64,000 nt of DNA from Octopus bimaculoides. Taxonomy: Eukaryota. The translations under genes and the position numbers were made by a program. Shown here one piece after another: positions 1-12,600 of the stretch. Position 1 is the first letter of the stretch. Each line of letters begins with the position of its first letter. The stretch is from the NCBI RefSeq assembly GCF_001194135.2, contig NC_068989.1, positions 67,383,408 to 67,447,407 on the forward strand. Reading direction: 5' to 3'. The notes beneath the pieces are model-generated. The model saw only the letters and a program-made list of their open reading frames with translations, was not told where the DNA came from and ran no database searches.

Positions 1-425
1 ATTTTAACTTTTTTATGTTTTCTTAATGATGGTTCCTCATAAGTGTAATGTTTTATGGTGGTCGTGTCATGTATACTGCTTTCAATAAAAAATAAATTAT
101 GTGGAGATAAAGTCTTTCATTGTAATGGGAACACCAGAATTGATAGATGTAGGGTTTCAATAATGTAGATTTAAGTTTTTACTTAATTGATAGCACTTGA
201 ATATCTAATAGAAGAATGAAGAGAGAATTATGATTCTGCCTTAGAATATTGAACTGATTGTTGGAAATAAAAATGTTTCTGATTAAATCTTATTAAAGAT
301 TGAAGCTTTTATTATAAATAAACATGAGCAGTGCTGTTTATAACTAAAACAGCCATCAGATTTTTGAAATTATAATGGTCTGAGAATCAAGTAAAATAAA
401 CACATGAATTTTCTTCTAATTTTAG

Positions 426-610
426 GAAATAGTTCCTAAATTTTTGGACAACTTAACAGATGATGAACTGAAAAAGGAGTCCAAATCAGAAATAAAAAAT
501 GATGGGTTATCAGCAATAATAAAAGCACTGAAACAATTGGTGTCCCGTGTACCGAATCAGGAAGAGACTGTGAAGAATTTGGAAATCTTTCGTTTGAAAA
601 TGATTTTAAG
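426..610 (+). CDS. USP9X: USP9X exon (window exon 1)
   Basis: tttag|GAA...AG|gtaagt; [62 protein letters not shown]. Confidence 0.95.
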
Positions 611-3600
611 GTAAGTTGTTGACATATATTGTGATGACTATATTTTTGGAGCTAAGTTATCTTTTTGTATTACTTGTAATCTCAATCTTATTTCAAGTTA
701 ATTTTGTCAGTGATCTCTAGTTAGCTAATCTATTGTTGCCATATCACTTGCATCAATTAATGTGTAAGAAGCGAAGAAATTTGTTGATAGCCTATTGCCA
801 TCAGTCTGCATGTAGCAACTAGCTGTCTATAAGGAATGTAAAATGCATCTTCTTGAGTGTGGGGCTTGGGGAATGTGTCGCAAAGGCAGAACTTAGAAAA
901 GAGGCACCGAGTTTGTTTTCATGATCATTCCCCTCCTCTTTATATATATATATATGTGTGTGTGTGTGTAATGTTAGTATGTACACATGACAGAGTGTAA
1001 GCGCCCTGAGAGAAAAGTTAGATTTAAGAAGCATCCAATGTGGCGTGCAAGAGAGACGACTGCGCTAGTATGGTCATGTGTTGCGAATGAATGAGGACAG
1101 CTGTGTGAAAAAGTGTCACACCCTAGCAGTTGAGGGAACTTGTAGAAGAGGTAGACCCAGGAAAACCTGGGATAAGGTGGTGAAGCACAATCTTCGAACA
1201 TTGGGCCTTACCGAGGCAATGACTAGTGACCAAAACCTTTGGAGATATGCTGTGCTTGAAAAGACCTGACAGGCCAAGTGAGGCCATAGCCCATGGCCTA
1301 TGCCAGTGGGTATAACCAGCCCACTTATGAATACCCCTCATTCATTAGACAAACTTTGCTTGGATGTGCTTTTAAAATATAGCAAGAGATGAATGGAAAT
1401 GTCGATATGCTTATAGAAAGTAACATAACATTATGGAAATTTTTAGAGCAAATGATTTTAATTATTAATTACATTATATTCAAGGTAGATGAAATGTAGT
1501 TAAGGATTGTATGTGATTGTGTTGTGCGTTTGATATTTTAATTTTTAATTGATATAAATCAACTGAAAATTAACAAAATCTACATTTTAAAGTTTACTTA
1601 TTTAATGCCATTTTTGAAATTAATTGTATACATTAGTATTCACTTAAATTCTTTTTATATTACATATGGTTGTGTGGGTAAGAAGTTCGCTTCCCAACCA
1701 CGTGGTTATAGCTTCAGTCCCACCGCGTAGCACCTTGGGTGAGTGCCTTTTACTATAGCCCAAAGCTGACCAAAGCTTTGTGAGTGAATTACGTAGGCAG
1801 AAGCTGAAAGAAGCCTGTGTGTGTATACGCATATATAATGTGTGTGCATGTATGTGATTGTATTTCCTTGGTTTGACACCACTCAGTAGTTGTAAATGAG
1901 TGTCCCTGTCATACAAGTGGTGTCTTTCATTTCCAATATTCCATGGAAGCATATCTGGTTATGGGGGAAATATTACCTTGCTTGGAAACAGGCGAGGGTT
2001 GGCAACAGGAAGAGCATCCAGTCTTAGAAAATCTGCTGCAACAAACTCTGTCTGACCCATGCCAGCATAGAAAAAGTGGACATTAAAACAATGATGATGA
2101 AGTCGACTTGAGATATTTGTCTTTCTGGCTACCAGTATGGTAAAATAAATCACTCACAAACTGAAGTCAAGTTACTTATTACAAAAAAAGCAACCTTAAG
2201 AGAGAAATTAATAGGCTGTATATTTATATGCAAATAACAAAAGATAAAATTGAGTAACATGTTCCAATATAAAGTTCGAATTTTTGATAAGATTATTTAA
2301 TTATGATAAAAAACAAATATTTTTCTTACTAATTTGTATTTCAATCTTTCACTGTTTACAGGCTTCTTCAGATATCTTCTTTCAATGGTAAGATGAATGC
2401 TTTGAATGAAGTTAACAAAGTGATCGCAAATGTGACATTCCATGCCAGTCGTCACACTCCAATAGATGATGATGAATGGCTTACAGCTGATAAGATGGCA
2501 GTAAGGAATTTTAAATTATTCAGAGCTTTTTTTTCATTTTAAATATATTTGATATCTGTAATTCTCTCTTGTCTAAATGTATATATCTTATCTAAATTAG
2601 CTATATACTTTTTTTACACTCAAATCAGATGTATATTTGATTTAGATTAGTAATCTACAATTGTTTTCACAGGCTAATTAATATCAACCTTCTGTATTCA
2701 AGATAATTTTAGTTTATAAATACACAGTATTGATGAAGAGTAATCTGAATTTAGAGTTAGAGAATTCTTGTTCTAATGAGATACTTCTTTTCTCAGGAAT
2801 GGATTCAGCAGAACAATGTATTGTCAATTGTTCTTCGAGATAGTCTCCATCAACCTCAGTATGTTGAAAAATTGGAAAAAATCTTGAGATTTATGATAAA
2901 AGAGAAAGCCTTAACACTTGATGATTTGGATCGAATATGGGAAGCCCAGGTAAAGATATCTGTTAATTCTTTTTAAAGGTTTTGTGTTGTTTTAAATATG
3001 TTATAGATTAAAACTATTATTATAGGAAGAGTCATCTTATGGATCTAACTAATTATGAAAAATTTGTTTTGCATTTAATTTATGTTTAGTGAAAAGCAAA
3101 TGTTTTACACTTCACAACATTTTGAGGCTGAAATTGTAGGTATAAGTTGAAAGTTCAATTTAATCTGATGACCGCTGCCTGAGCAGCTGACTGGCTGACT
3201 GACTTCCGTGGCAGTGGCACGTAAAAAGCACCATTTGAACGTGATTGTTACCAGCGTCGCCTTACTGGCACTTGTGCCGGTGGCATGAGAAAAAAACATT
3301 TGAGCGAGGTTGTTGCCAGTGCCGCTGGACTGGCTCCTGTGCAGGTGGCACATAAAAAACACCACTTGAGCATGGCCGTTGCCAGTACCGCCTGACTGGC
3401 CCTCGTGCCAGTGGCACGTAAAAGCACCCACTACACTCTCGGAGTGGCTGGCATTAGGAAGGGCATCCAGCTGTAGAAACTCAGCCAGATCAGATTGGAG
3501 CCTGGTGCAGCCATCTGGTTCACCAGTCCTCAGCCAAATCGTCCAACCCATGCTAGCATAGAAAGCGAACGTTAAACAATGATGATGATGCTATGTACAT

Positions 3601-6600
3601 CTCTTTTTTATTTTAAATTTTAATATTTCAAGTATTTTTTCTGAGATAGTTTGTACTACAGGTACGCCATTGATTTTTTGGGGATTTCTGATGCTCCAGC
3701 ACTTTTGTAATGTAGATAAATTATGAAAGGAAACTTGAAATTCCAGTGGCCACCAGCCTAGTCCACTGTGCTACTACAGGCAATGTTGTGTGAACCATGT
3801 GCTTACATGCATTATTTACACTGCACTTGTTAGTGGCAATACCTAAATTTTGAGAGATCGTCTTCTTATTTAGCTTAAAGTTACCCTTAGCTATGGTTAT
3901 TACAGGTAAGAGAACTAACAGTGCCAGTTGTAGTGTCAAACATAAATATCAATCCATATTGATGTAAAATAAAGAACTGTTGGAAAAAATGGACCATGGT
4001 ATGTCAATGCATAACTTGGGTATGTCTTTGGCATTGACAGTGTATAATTAGTAAGTTGGAAGTGTGTTGATAAATTATTATTACACGACCACAGATGGTC
4101 CAGCTAAACTGTTAATCTGTCAAGGCTTTGGAATCAAGGATGTTCGAAAATGGTTGATGTACCTGTAATAGTGTATTAGTTTCTTAGTGATCTGCTGGTT
4201 CATATATCTCTGTGTAAGTTATTGGATTACTTATTTCTACAATTTGATGTCTTTTCTATGGTTGGAATATTGATCATATGGTTTGTGGGTTCCAACTCTG
4301 CAATTGTTATAGTGTATTACACATTTAGTCATGGTACTTTATACTGCTGCATGGTAGATTTTCCTGGCATCCGGTGCCACTTGATTTCATTATATACTTC
4401 AAAAAAAAAAAAAAGGAATGTTATTCTGATGATAATAAACAACTTTAACAATATGTAAATAACTAAGGTTGCAAAAACCTGTCTATTCTAGCATTTTAAA
4501 ATATATGTAAAATAATTAGAAAAAATAGATAGTTGTCCCCATCTTCAATTAACAAGAGAATTGATTGTAAATAAAAGTAATGTATTAATGATGCGTTACA
4601 ACATTTAGTAGATAATTTGAATATAAAAGTATACCTACAATTCTAGTATTGGTGTAAAACGTAGACAAGTGTAAACAGAAATATGAGATTTTTACCTACA
4701 AGTTTCATCTCCTTTTAAAGATTCACTAGAGAATAAGTAGCCACTTTTTCTGTTCACTAACAGATTGCTGGCTTGTAGGTATTTATATTGAACACAAACC
4801 AGGACTAGGATGAAAAATAAAAGTCTAATTTGTATACAAGGCATTCATTGGCAATATAGTTCATTCATTAACAATGTATTACACAACAGTTTTTAAATAA
4901 TCGGAAGTTTTAAAGTAAGGTATAACTATAATTTTAGCCTGAGTGTGAAATGTAAACAAGTATAAACATATTTTACAGACGAAATGTTGTTGTTGCAAGT
5001 GTAAACATGTTTTTCTGTCTCTGTTCACCGAAAAATTTGGGCTGCCTACTGAAAGATGAAAACATTTGTTTGTATTACATTACATTTAGCATGAAAGCTA
5101 AAATTGTAGGCATACTTTACATTAAAATTTCAAGTTATCCAATATATGCTGTTTAGTGTATCCTAGATTAATTAATTAATCCATCATACTGGTTAATGAA
5201 TTGATTATTTAATGAATAATTAATCAAGATGATTATTGATTAATCAACCATGTTCATATAATATTTATATTGAAACTGATAAGTTCTCAAATACAGATAA
5301 AACATTTCTACCCCTAGAAAACTAGAAACATCTGTTTACACATGTCTACATATCATTGTGAGGCTGAAATAAGTATTTTAATTTGTCTGAATATCTTGAA
5401 CAGTTAAAAGCATTGTTAAAAATACAGCAAAGACACTTCCCTCATAAATTACTGATATGAAAAGAAAACAAAAAACTGGATTATTATAATTTAAAATGAC
5501 TCTATGCTTATAGGTTTATCATCATCATCATCATTTAACGTCCATTGTCCATACTGGCATGGATTCGATGGTTTTATTGGACTGGCATGCTGAAAGGCTG
5601 CTCCAGACTCCAGTCTGATTTGGCATGGTTTTCAGCTGGATGCTCTTCTTGATGCCAACCACTCTTAGAGTGTAATGGGTGCTTTTATGTACCACCAGCA
5701 TGACACTGGGGTGCTTTTACATGCCATCAGCATGGGTGCCAATTTGTGTGACACTGGTATCTGCTACAACTGCGATTTTGCTTGGCTTGATGGGTCTTCT
5801 CAAGCATGACATAATGCCCAACACTCAAAAGGAACTCAGCCACTTTGTCTCTGTGAGACTCAACGTTTGAAAGGAACTCTGTCACTTTGCCTCTGAGGCC
5901 CAACACTCGAAAGGTGTTCTTTACATACCACCAGCACAGGTGCACTTGGCTTGATGGGTCTTCTCAAGCACAGCACATCACTAAAGGTCACATTGCTTAT
6001 GTGAGGCACAAAGTTTGAAGATCATGCTTCACCACCTTGTTCCATGTCTTCTTGGGTCTACTTCTACCATAGGTTCCCTCCACAGTTAGAGAACGGCACT
6101 TCTTTACACAGCTGTCCTCGTCCATTTGCATCACCTGACCATACCAGCGCAGTTGTCTCTCTTGCACACTACATCTGTTTAATCTTATGCCTAACTTTTC
6201 TCCCAAGATGTTTGCACTCTATCAAATATGTACACTGAAATTGCACATCCAGTGAAGCTTACTGGCTTCATTTCTTTCAAGCCTACGCATGTCGTTGTCT
6301 GTCACAGCCCATGTTTCACTGCCATGCAGTATAGCTGTTTGCACGCAGGCTTCAAACAATCTGCCTTTCACTCTGAGAGAGTGGCCCTTTGTTGCCAGAG
6401 GGGTGGGAGCTCTCTGAACTTTGCCCAGCTTAATCTTATTCTCACAGCTATGCTCTCGGAGCATCCACCTCCACTACTAACTTGGTCATGTAGATAATAA
6501 AAGCAATCTACTACCTCTAACCCCCCCCCCCCCNNNNNNNNNNNNNAGTTGATGGAGTCTATTTTCTCTTCATTTTCAGCGTTTATTGTACTTGTACATC

Positions 6601-9600
6601 TTCCACATCTAAAAGCTAGTTTCCACTGTTAACCTTTCCTCTGATATTGCTGCATCTTTTATGTGTCCAAAGCTTACACTGGGTGCATCTTATGGAGTTT
6701 CTACTAACACCTTTTCTACAGATTGAGCAGAGCCATCTACCTGAAGGGATTTGTGATTTATCTACCTTCCTACTTACTAAGACTTTGGTTTTTGCCTTAA
6801 TTCTAAGGCCCTTCAATTCTAGACCTTGCTTCCATACCTGGATCTTCTCTAGTTCAGGTAGTGATTCAGCTATAAGAGCAAGGTTAGCAGCATAGTGGAG
6901 CTCCCAAGTGCAGCCTATCTTGAATTACTCTGTTATTGCATGGAGGACTATGATGAACAAGAAGGGGCTGAGCACTGATTGTTGGTGAACTCCTACTTGT
7001 ACTCTGAATTCTTCGCTGTACTCATTGCCAACCCTCACCTTACTGACAGCATCCCTGTACATAGCCTGTACAGCTCTCACCAACCACTCATCTATTCCTA
7101 GTTTCCACATTGACCACCAGATAATGGATTGGGGGACCCTGTCAAAGGCTTTCTCCAAGTCCACAAAGGCCAAGATGAAGTTTTTGAAGTAGCCAAACAG
7201 TAATTCAATTTAATTTTATTCTTTCTACTCTGGTATGCCCCAGGTTTCATTTTTTTTTTGTCTCAGACTGGGCTGTGTGTTGTATTCTTGAGCAAGGCCC
7301 TTTATTTCACGTTGCTCCAGTTTAGTCACCTGTAAAAATGTGTTGCGATGTCACTGGTGCCAAGCTGTGTTGGCTTTTCCCTTGGATAACATTGGTGTCA
7401 TGGAGAAGGGAGACTGGTATGCATGGGTGACTGCTAGTTTTCCATAAACAACCTTGCCTGGACTTGTGTCTCAGAGGGGAACTTTCTAGGTGCAATCCCA
7501 TTGTCATTCATGTCTGAAGCGGGTCTTTTACTTTACCACTACATCCATGACATCATCTCTTATGCAGATTACACTATCTTTCATTCCACCCTAACAATTT
7601 CCAGTTGTGCATCATCCACTCACAACCTAAACAAAGCATCCTAAACAAACACTGACTCCATGAAAAGAGGCCTTGGAAGCAACCTCCAATGGGGACATCT
7701 CAATCTTACCTCTTTCAACCTCAAAAATCACTGCAATTGTTGTGTCTTACTATCAGTGATGATCTCTCTTGGTGAAATCCTTTCCTTAACACACCTGGAC
7801 CACATCCTAATGGCCAATCCTTCTCTTCAGGGCCAAAAGATATGTCATCTCCTAATAATTATTGATGCTCTTCAATGTTCAGTTGAGGACCTCAATAGTT
7901 GCTGCTGCTGCTGCTGCTACACATACACGCACACACACCCTTGGTCACATCCAGAAAAGTGCCATCTGACTAATTGATAAAATCATTCATAGACATACTT
8001 CATCTTCCAACTTAACTGTTGTGTTACCTCTTCTCTCTACCTTTTCCACTGCTACTATAATGGTCTCTGTTTCTGGAAGATGGCTGGGCTCATGATACCT
8101 CCACAGTCAAGGTGTTAGAATTGTTACTGTTTTTCTTTTCTTTTTTCTTAGAGCTTGCACTAAATATTTCTTAATTATTTTCAGTCTGGAAAACATGAAG
8201 CTATTGTAAAAAACGTTCATGACTTGTTGGCTAAATTGGCATGGGATTTCTCTCCTGAACAGTTAGATCATTTGTTTGAATGCTTTCAAGTGAGTAGATT
8301 TTCTTTTTTTTTTTTTAATTATCTTGGATTTTTATCATATTTTGAGAGAAATCTTCAAATTTTGTTTGTACATGTAATATGTACACATATATACATATAT
8401 ACATGCATACAGATATCTATACATATATACACCCATCACACACACATACACATGCACACAAACACACACATTAGTCATTTGTTTTCTTATCCAAAACTAT
8501 GTCAAAAGTACTGAATGGATCTTTATGAAATTTGGAAATTATATTCTTTGCATAACGGCCATAACTCCCATGAAAATTCATATANNNNNNNNNNNNNNNN
8601 NNNNNNNNNNNNNNNNNNNNNNNNNNNNNNNNNNNNNNNNNNNNNNNNNNNNNNNNNNNNNNNNNNNNNNNNNNNNNNNNNNNNNNNNNNNNNNNNNNNN
8701 NNNNNNNNNNNNNNNNNNNNNNNNNNNNNNNNNNNNNNNNNNNNNNNNNNNNNNNNNNNNNNNNNNNNNNNNNNNNNNNNNNNNNNNNNNNNNNNNNNNN
8801 NNNNNNNNNNNNNNNNNNNNNNNNNNNNNNNNNNNNNNNNNNNNNNNNNNNNNNNNNNNNNNNNNNNNNNNNNNNNNNNNNNNNNNNNNNNNNNNNNNNN
8901 NNNNNNNNNNNNNNNNNNNNNNNNNNNNNNNNNNNNNNNNNNNNNNNNNNNNNNNNNNNNNNNNNNNNNNNNNNNNNNNNNNNNNNNNNNNNNNNNNNNN
9001 NNNNNNNNNNNNNNNNNNNNNNNNNNNNNNNNNNTGTACATGATCACCTTCTTTTACGAAACTTCAGTGACTTTCATATATTTATATTGATATACATATA
9101 TATACGTGTGTTTGGGTGCGTGTGTGTATATACATCTCTATATATAAAGATGATGCGTAGTCTAGACGGCGTTTTTAGATTTCATTATTCTCTTTAACCC
9201 GGGCAACGCCGGGTATTTCTGCTAGTCTATAATATAAACAGACATAAGAAGTTTTGGGGGGGAAAAACAGTCAAGTTAGACTAATAAGTACAAAAAAAAA
9301 AAAGAAAAAAGACAAGTGGAAAACTGTTTTATTGTAAACCTATCCAACCTGGAAAAAGAACCTAAAATTGATGATTGTTCTTACCTTACACAATACCATC
9401 TAAATCTCTTACAGAAGTAATAGTTAATTCTTGTTTTTGACTCCTCACTCTTTTCCTGTGATTTATTTTCCAGCCATTTATTTTCCTAACCCTAACTTTT
9501 TCATTTTTTTTTTTGGTTTTGAGAATTCATCTAAGTGATACTGCTATAGTAAAAACAATCCTTTTAAATAAAACTTGATCTACAAGTGTTACATTTTTTT

Positions 9601-12600
9601 CCCGTTTTTGCATCTGCTGTTTTGTATTATAAATTAATTCTTTGATTCTGCACTTGATAATTTAAAAAAAAATATTTGGAGTGCACTTATCCTTTTAAAA
9701 TGATATAAGCCATGTATATGTTGCTGAATATGTAGTAGAACTCTCAATGTAAAATTCAAGATGTAACTATAATTTTAGGTCAATATATTTTTCTATGTTT
9801 TCACTTGCTTAAAACAATTTTAAGATTTAAAGATTTGATTTTGAAATAAATTTCTGTAAATGTTTTTATGTTATTTGTTATAGGGAAGCTGGACTAATGC
9901 TATGAGAAAGCAGAGAGAAAAGTTATTAGAGCTCATTAGGAGATTAGCAGAGGATGATAAAGAAGGTGTGATGGCTCATAAGGTTTGTAATATATTTTTA
10001 CTTTGGCTTGTCATTTAATTTATTTGTCCCATTATTTGATATGTTTCAATGACAAACTGTCTTAGATAGTTCTACTGGTCACAGAAGGACAATAGCTATT
10101 ACCTATCCATTTTCCATTTCTTAGGGGTGTTCAGTTTTGTGAAATGTTATTGCTTCAGACACAAAAAAAAAAGCCTTGATTAGAATTTTAGTAGAACATT
10201 AAATTGTTTGGCATATCATTATGCTTCAATTGGAGAAGTTTAATTATAGATATAGTCCACTCTGCGGGGGTGGTTGGTGTTAGGAAAGGCATCCAGCTGT
10301 GTAAAAAAAAAAACCATGCCAAAACAGACATAGAAGTATGGTGCATTCTGGCCAGCCCCTGTTAAACCATCCGATCCATGCCAGCATGGATGGAGGACAT
10401 TAAATGATGATGATGATGATAACATATATAGCAGACATAACTTCGTTGTTCAGAAGTTCACTTTGCAACTATATGATCTTGAGTTCAGTCCTACTGCATG
10501 GTATCTTGGGCAAGTGTCTTCTACTAAATCTATTCACAAGGTTTTGGTGGTTAGAAACTTGGAGTCTGTTGTACTCATATAGGCGTGTGTGTGTGTGTGT
10601 TGTTGTTGTTGCTTCAGTCAACAATTTATCTGTTCATTTGGTGCCTTTGAAAAAGCATGTAATAAATGATCTCTTACTTGCAAAACAGATTAGTGTTAGC
10701 AACAGGAAAGGCATTTGGCTGTAAAGTAATGCCTCAATTTTATATTCATCTAACTTGTACTAGCATGCAAAAACTAATGTAAAATGAACTATATATGTAT
10801 AGACTTTCATTTGTCATGGTGAAAAAGCTTGAATTAGGAAATACAAATTATGTTCTCCATCTTGTATGACTTTTCACTTTATCAAATACTTGATTTTTAT
10901 TTTTTCCTCTCTTGAAATATTTCTCCATAATTACATTGTTTATTACTGTTAATTTTAAATATCTTTTTAACTAGTTAAAGGTGCAGGAGTGGCTGTGTGG
11001 TAGGTAGCTTGCTTACCAGCCACATGGTTCTGGGTTCAGTCCCACTGCATGGCACCTTGAGCAAGTGTCTTCTATAGCCTTGGGCCGACCAAAGCCTTGT
11101 GAGTGGATTTGGTAGATGGAAACTGAAAGAAGCCTGTCATATATATATATATGATTGTGTGTCTGTGTTTGCCCCCCCCCCCCTCCATCGCTTAACAACC
11201 GATATTGATGTGTTTACATCCCCGTAACTTAGCAGTTCGGCAAAAGAGACCGATAGAATAAGTACTAGGCTTACAAAGAATAAGTTCTGGGGTCAATCTG
11301 TTCGACTAAAGCATGGCCACAGTCAAATGACTGAAACAAATAAAAGAATAGTTGTCTTAATTAATTTTGCGATATGCCATGCTTGAGAAGAAGACCCATC
11401 AAGCCAAGTGAAATCGTAGTTGTGGCAGATACTGGTGTCCTGCAACTAGGACCTGTGCTGGTGGCACGTAAAAGCAACCACTACACTTTTGGAGTGGTTG
11501 GTGTTAGGAAGGGCATCCGGCTATGGAAACTATGCCAAATCAGACTGGCGTCTGGTGCAGCCCCTCGGTTTACCAACCCTGGTCAAACTGTCCAACCCAT
11601 GCCAGCTTGGGCAACAGACATTAAATTATGATGATTCCTTTATGACTGTTTTTTTTATAATAGTAATGATAATAACGAGCTTGTTGTATACAGTGCTTAG
11701 GTGCACTGTGACTAATAGGAAATGGTTAAAATAGGAGGCAAAAGGCAGACATATAAGCCAAGTAAAGAAAGACAGCTACAAAAGCTAGAAGTACAGGCAA
11801 AGTACACAGAATAAAGCACAAAAAGACAGAAAGGTGAACATTAAAATAGTCATAAAGTGGAAAGAGTATAAATATGTCAGGAATAGTGTTGGTGAATTCG
11901 AGGAAGCATGGAGTTTTCGAAGGATGCAGTGTTCTGACGGCTAACAATTGATATGGGTAGTTTATTCCATGCTTCAACAATTCTAAGTATGTAAAAAATG
12001 TTTCTGAAGCCGTGGGTGTTGTTCGTTTTTTGATTTTATAAGCAAGTTCACAAGTGGTAGAGGTATTGAATTCAAAAAGGTGGCCAGAATTGTTGTTGGA
12101 AAGATAGTGGATAATCTTGTTTTGTGGGTTTCTATCAAGTCAGCTGCTAGACATTGAAACTTTAGTGTGTTGATGCCCAGGGAAGCAGTTGGTTCAAGAT
12201 ATGGTGATTGACTGAGAGAAGGTATACATTTGGCTGCATGTTTCTGTACAACTTCCAGAGGATCACTATTCTAGACAAGATGAAAGTTTAAGACTGGAAA
12301 TGCAAACTGTAAGTGTTGCTGTACTATAGGCATATATATAAATGTTTAAATAGTTTTAACAGTAAAACTTCTATTATTGATCTAAAGATTGTTTCTAAGA
12401 TTTAGGTAACAAAATAATTTTGATTTATTTTCCAATGATGATTTATTTCCTTTTTTTCTTTTTTTTCCTTCAGGTTTTAGGGTTGTTATGGAATCTTGCT
12501 CATAGTGAAGATGTTCCAACTGAGATCATGGACCAAGCCCTGACAGCTCATATAAAAATTCTGGATTATAGTTGCTCTCAGGTAAATATTTTAAAAAATG

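Noticed and set aside
8515-9090. Long ORFs in the supplied track made mostly of X (also 24802-25356, 55909-56179, 57096-57420, 61658-62814)
   Set aside because: Artefacts of N runs; no coding evidence.
10980-11060. tRNA genes (A-box and B-box motifs here and at 15612 and 32870)
   Set aside because: These are SINE heads: they continue into repeat bodies and I could not fold them into a full cloverleaf.
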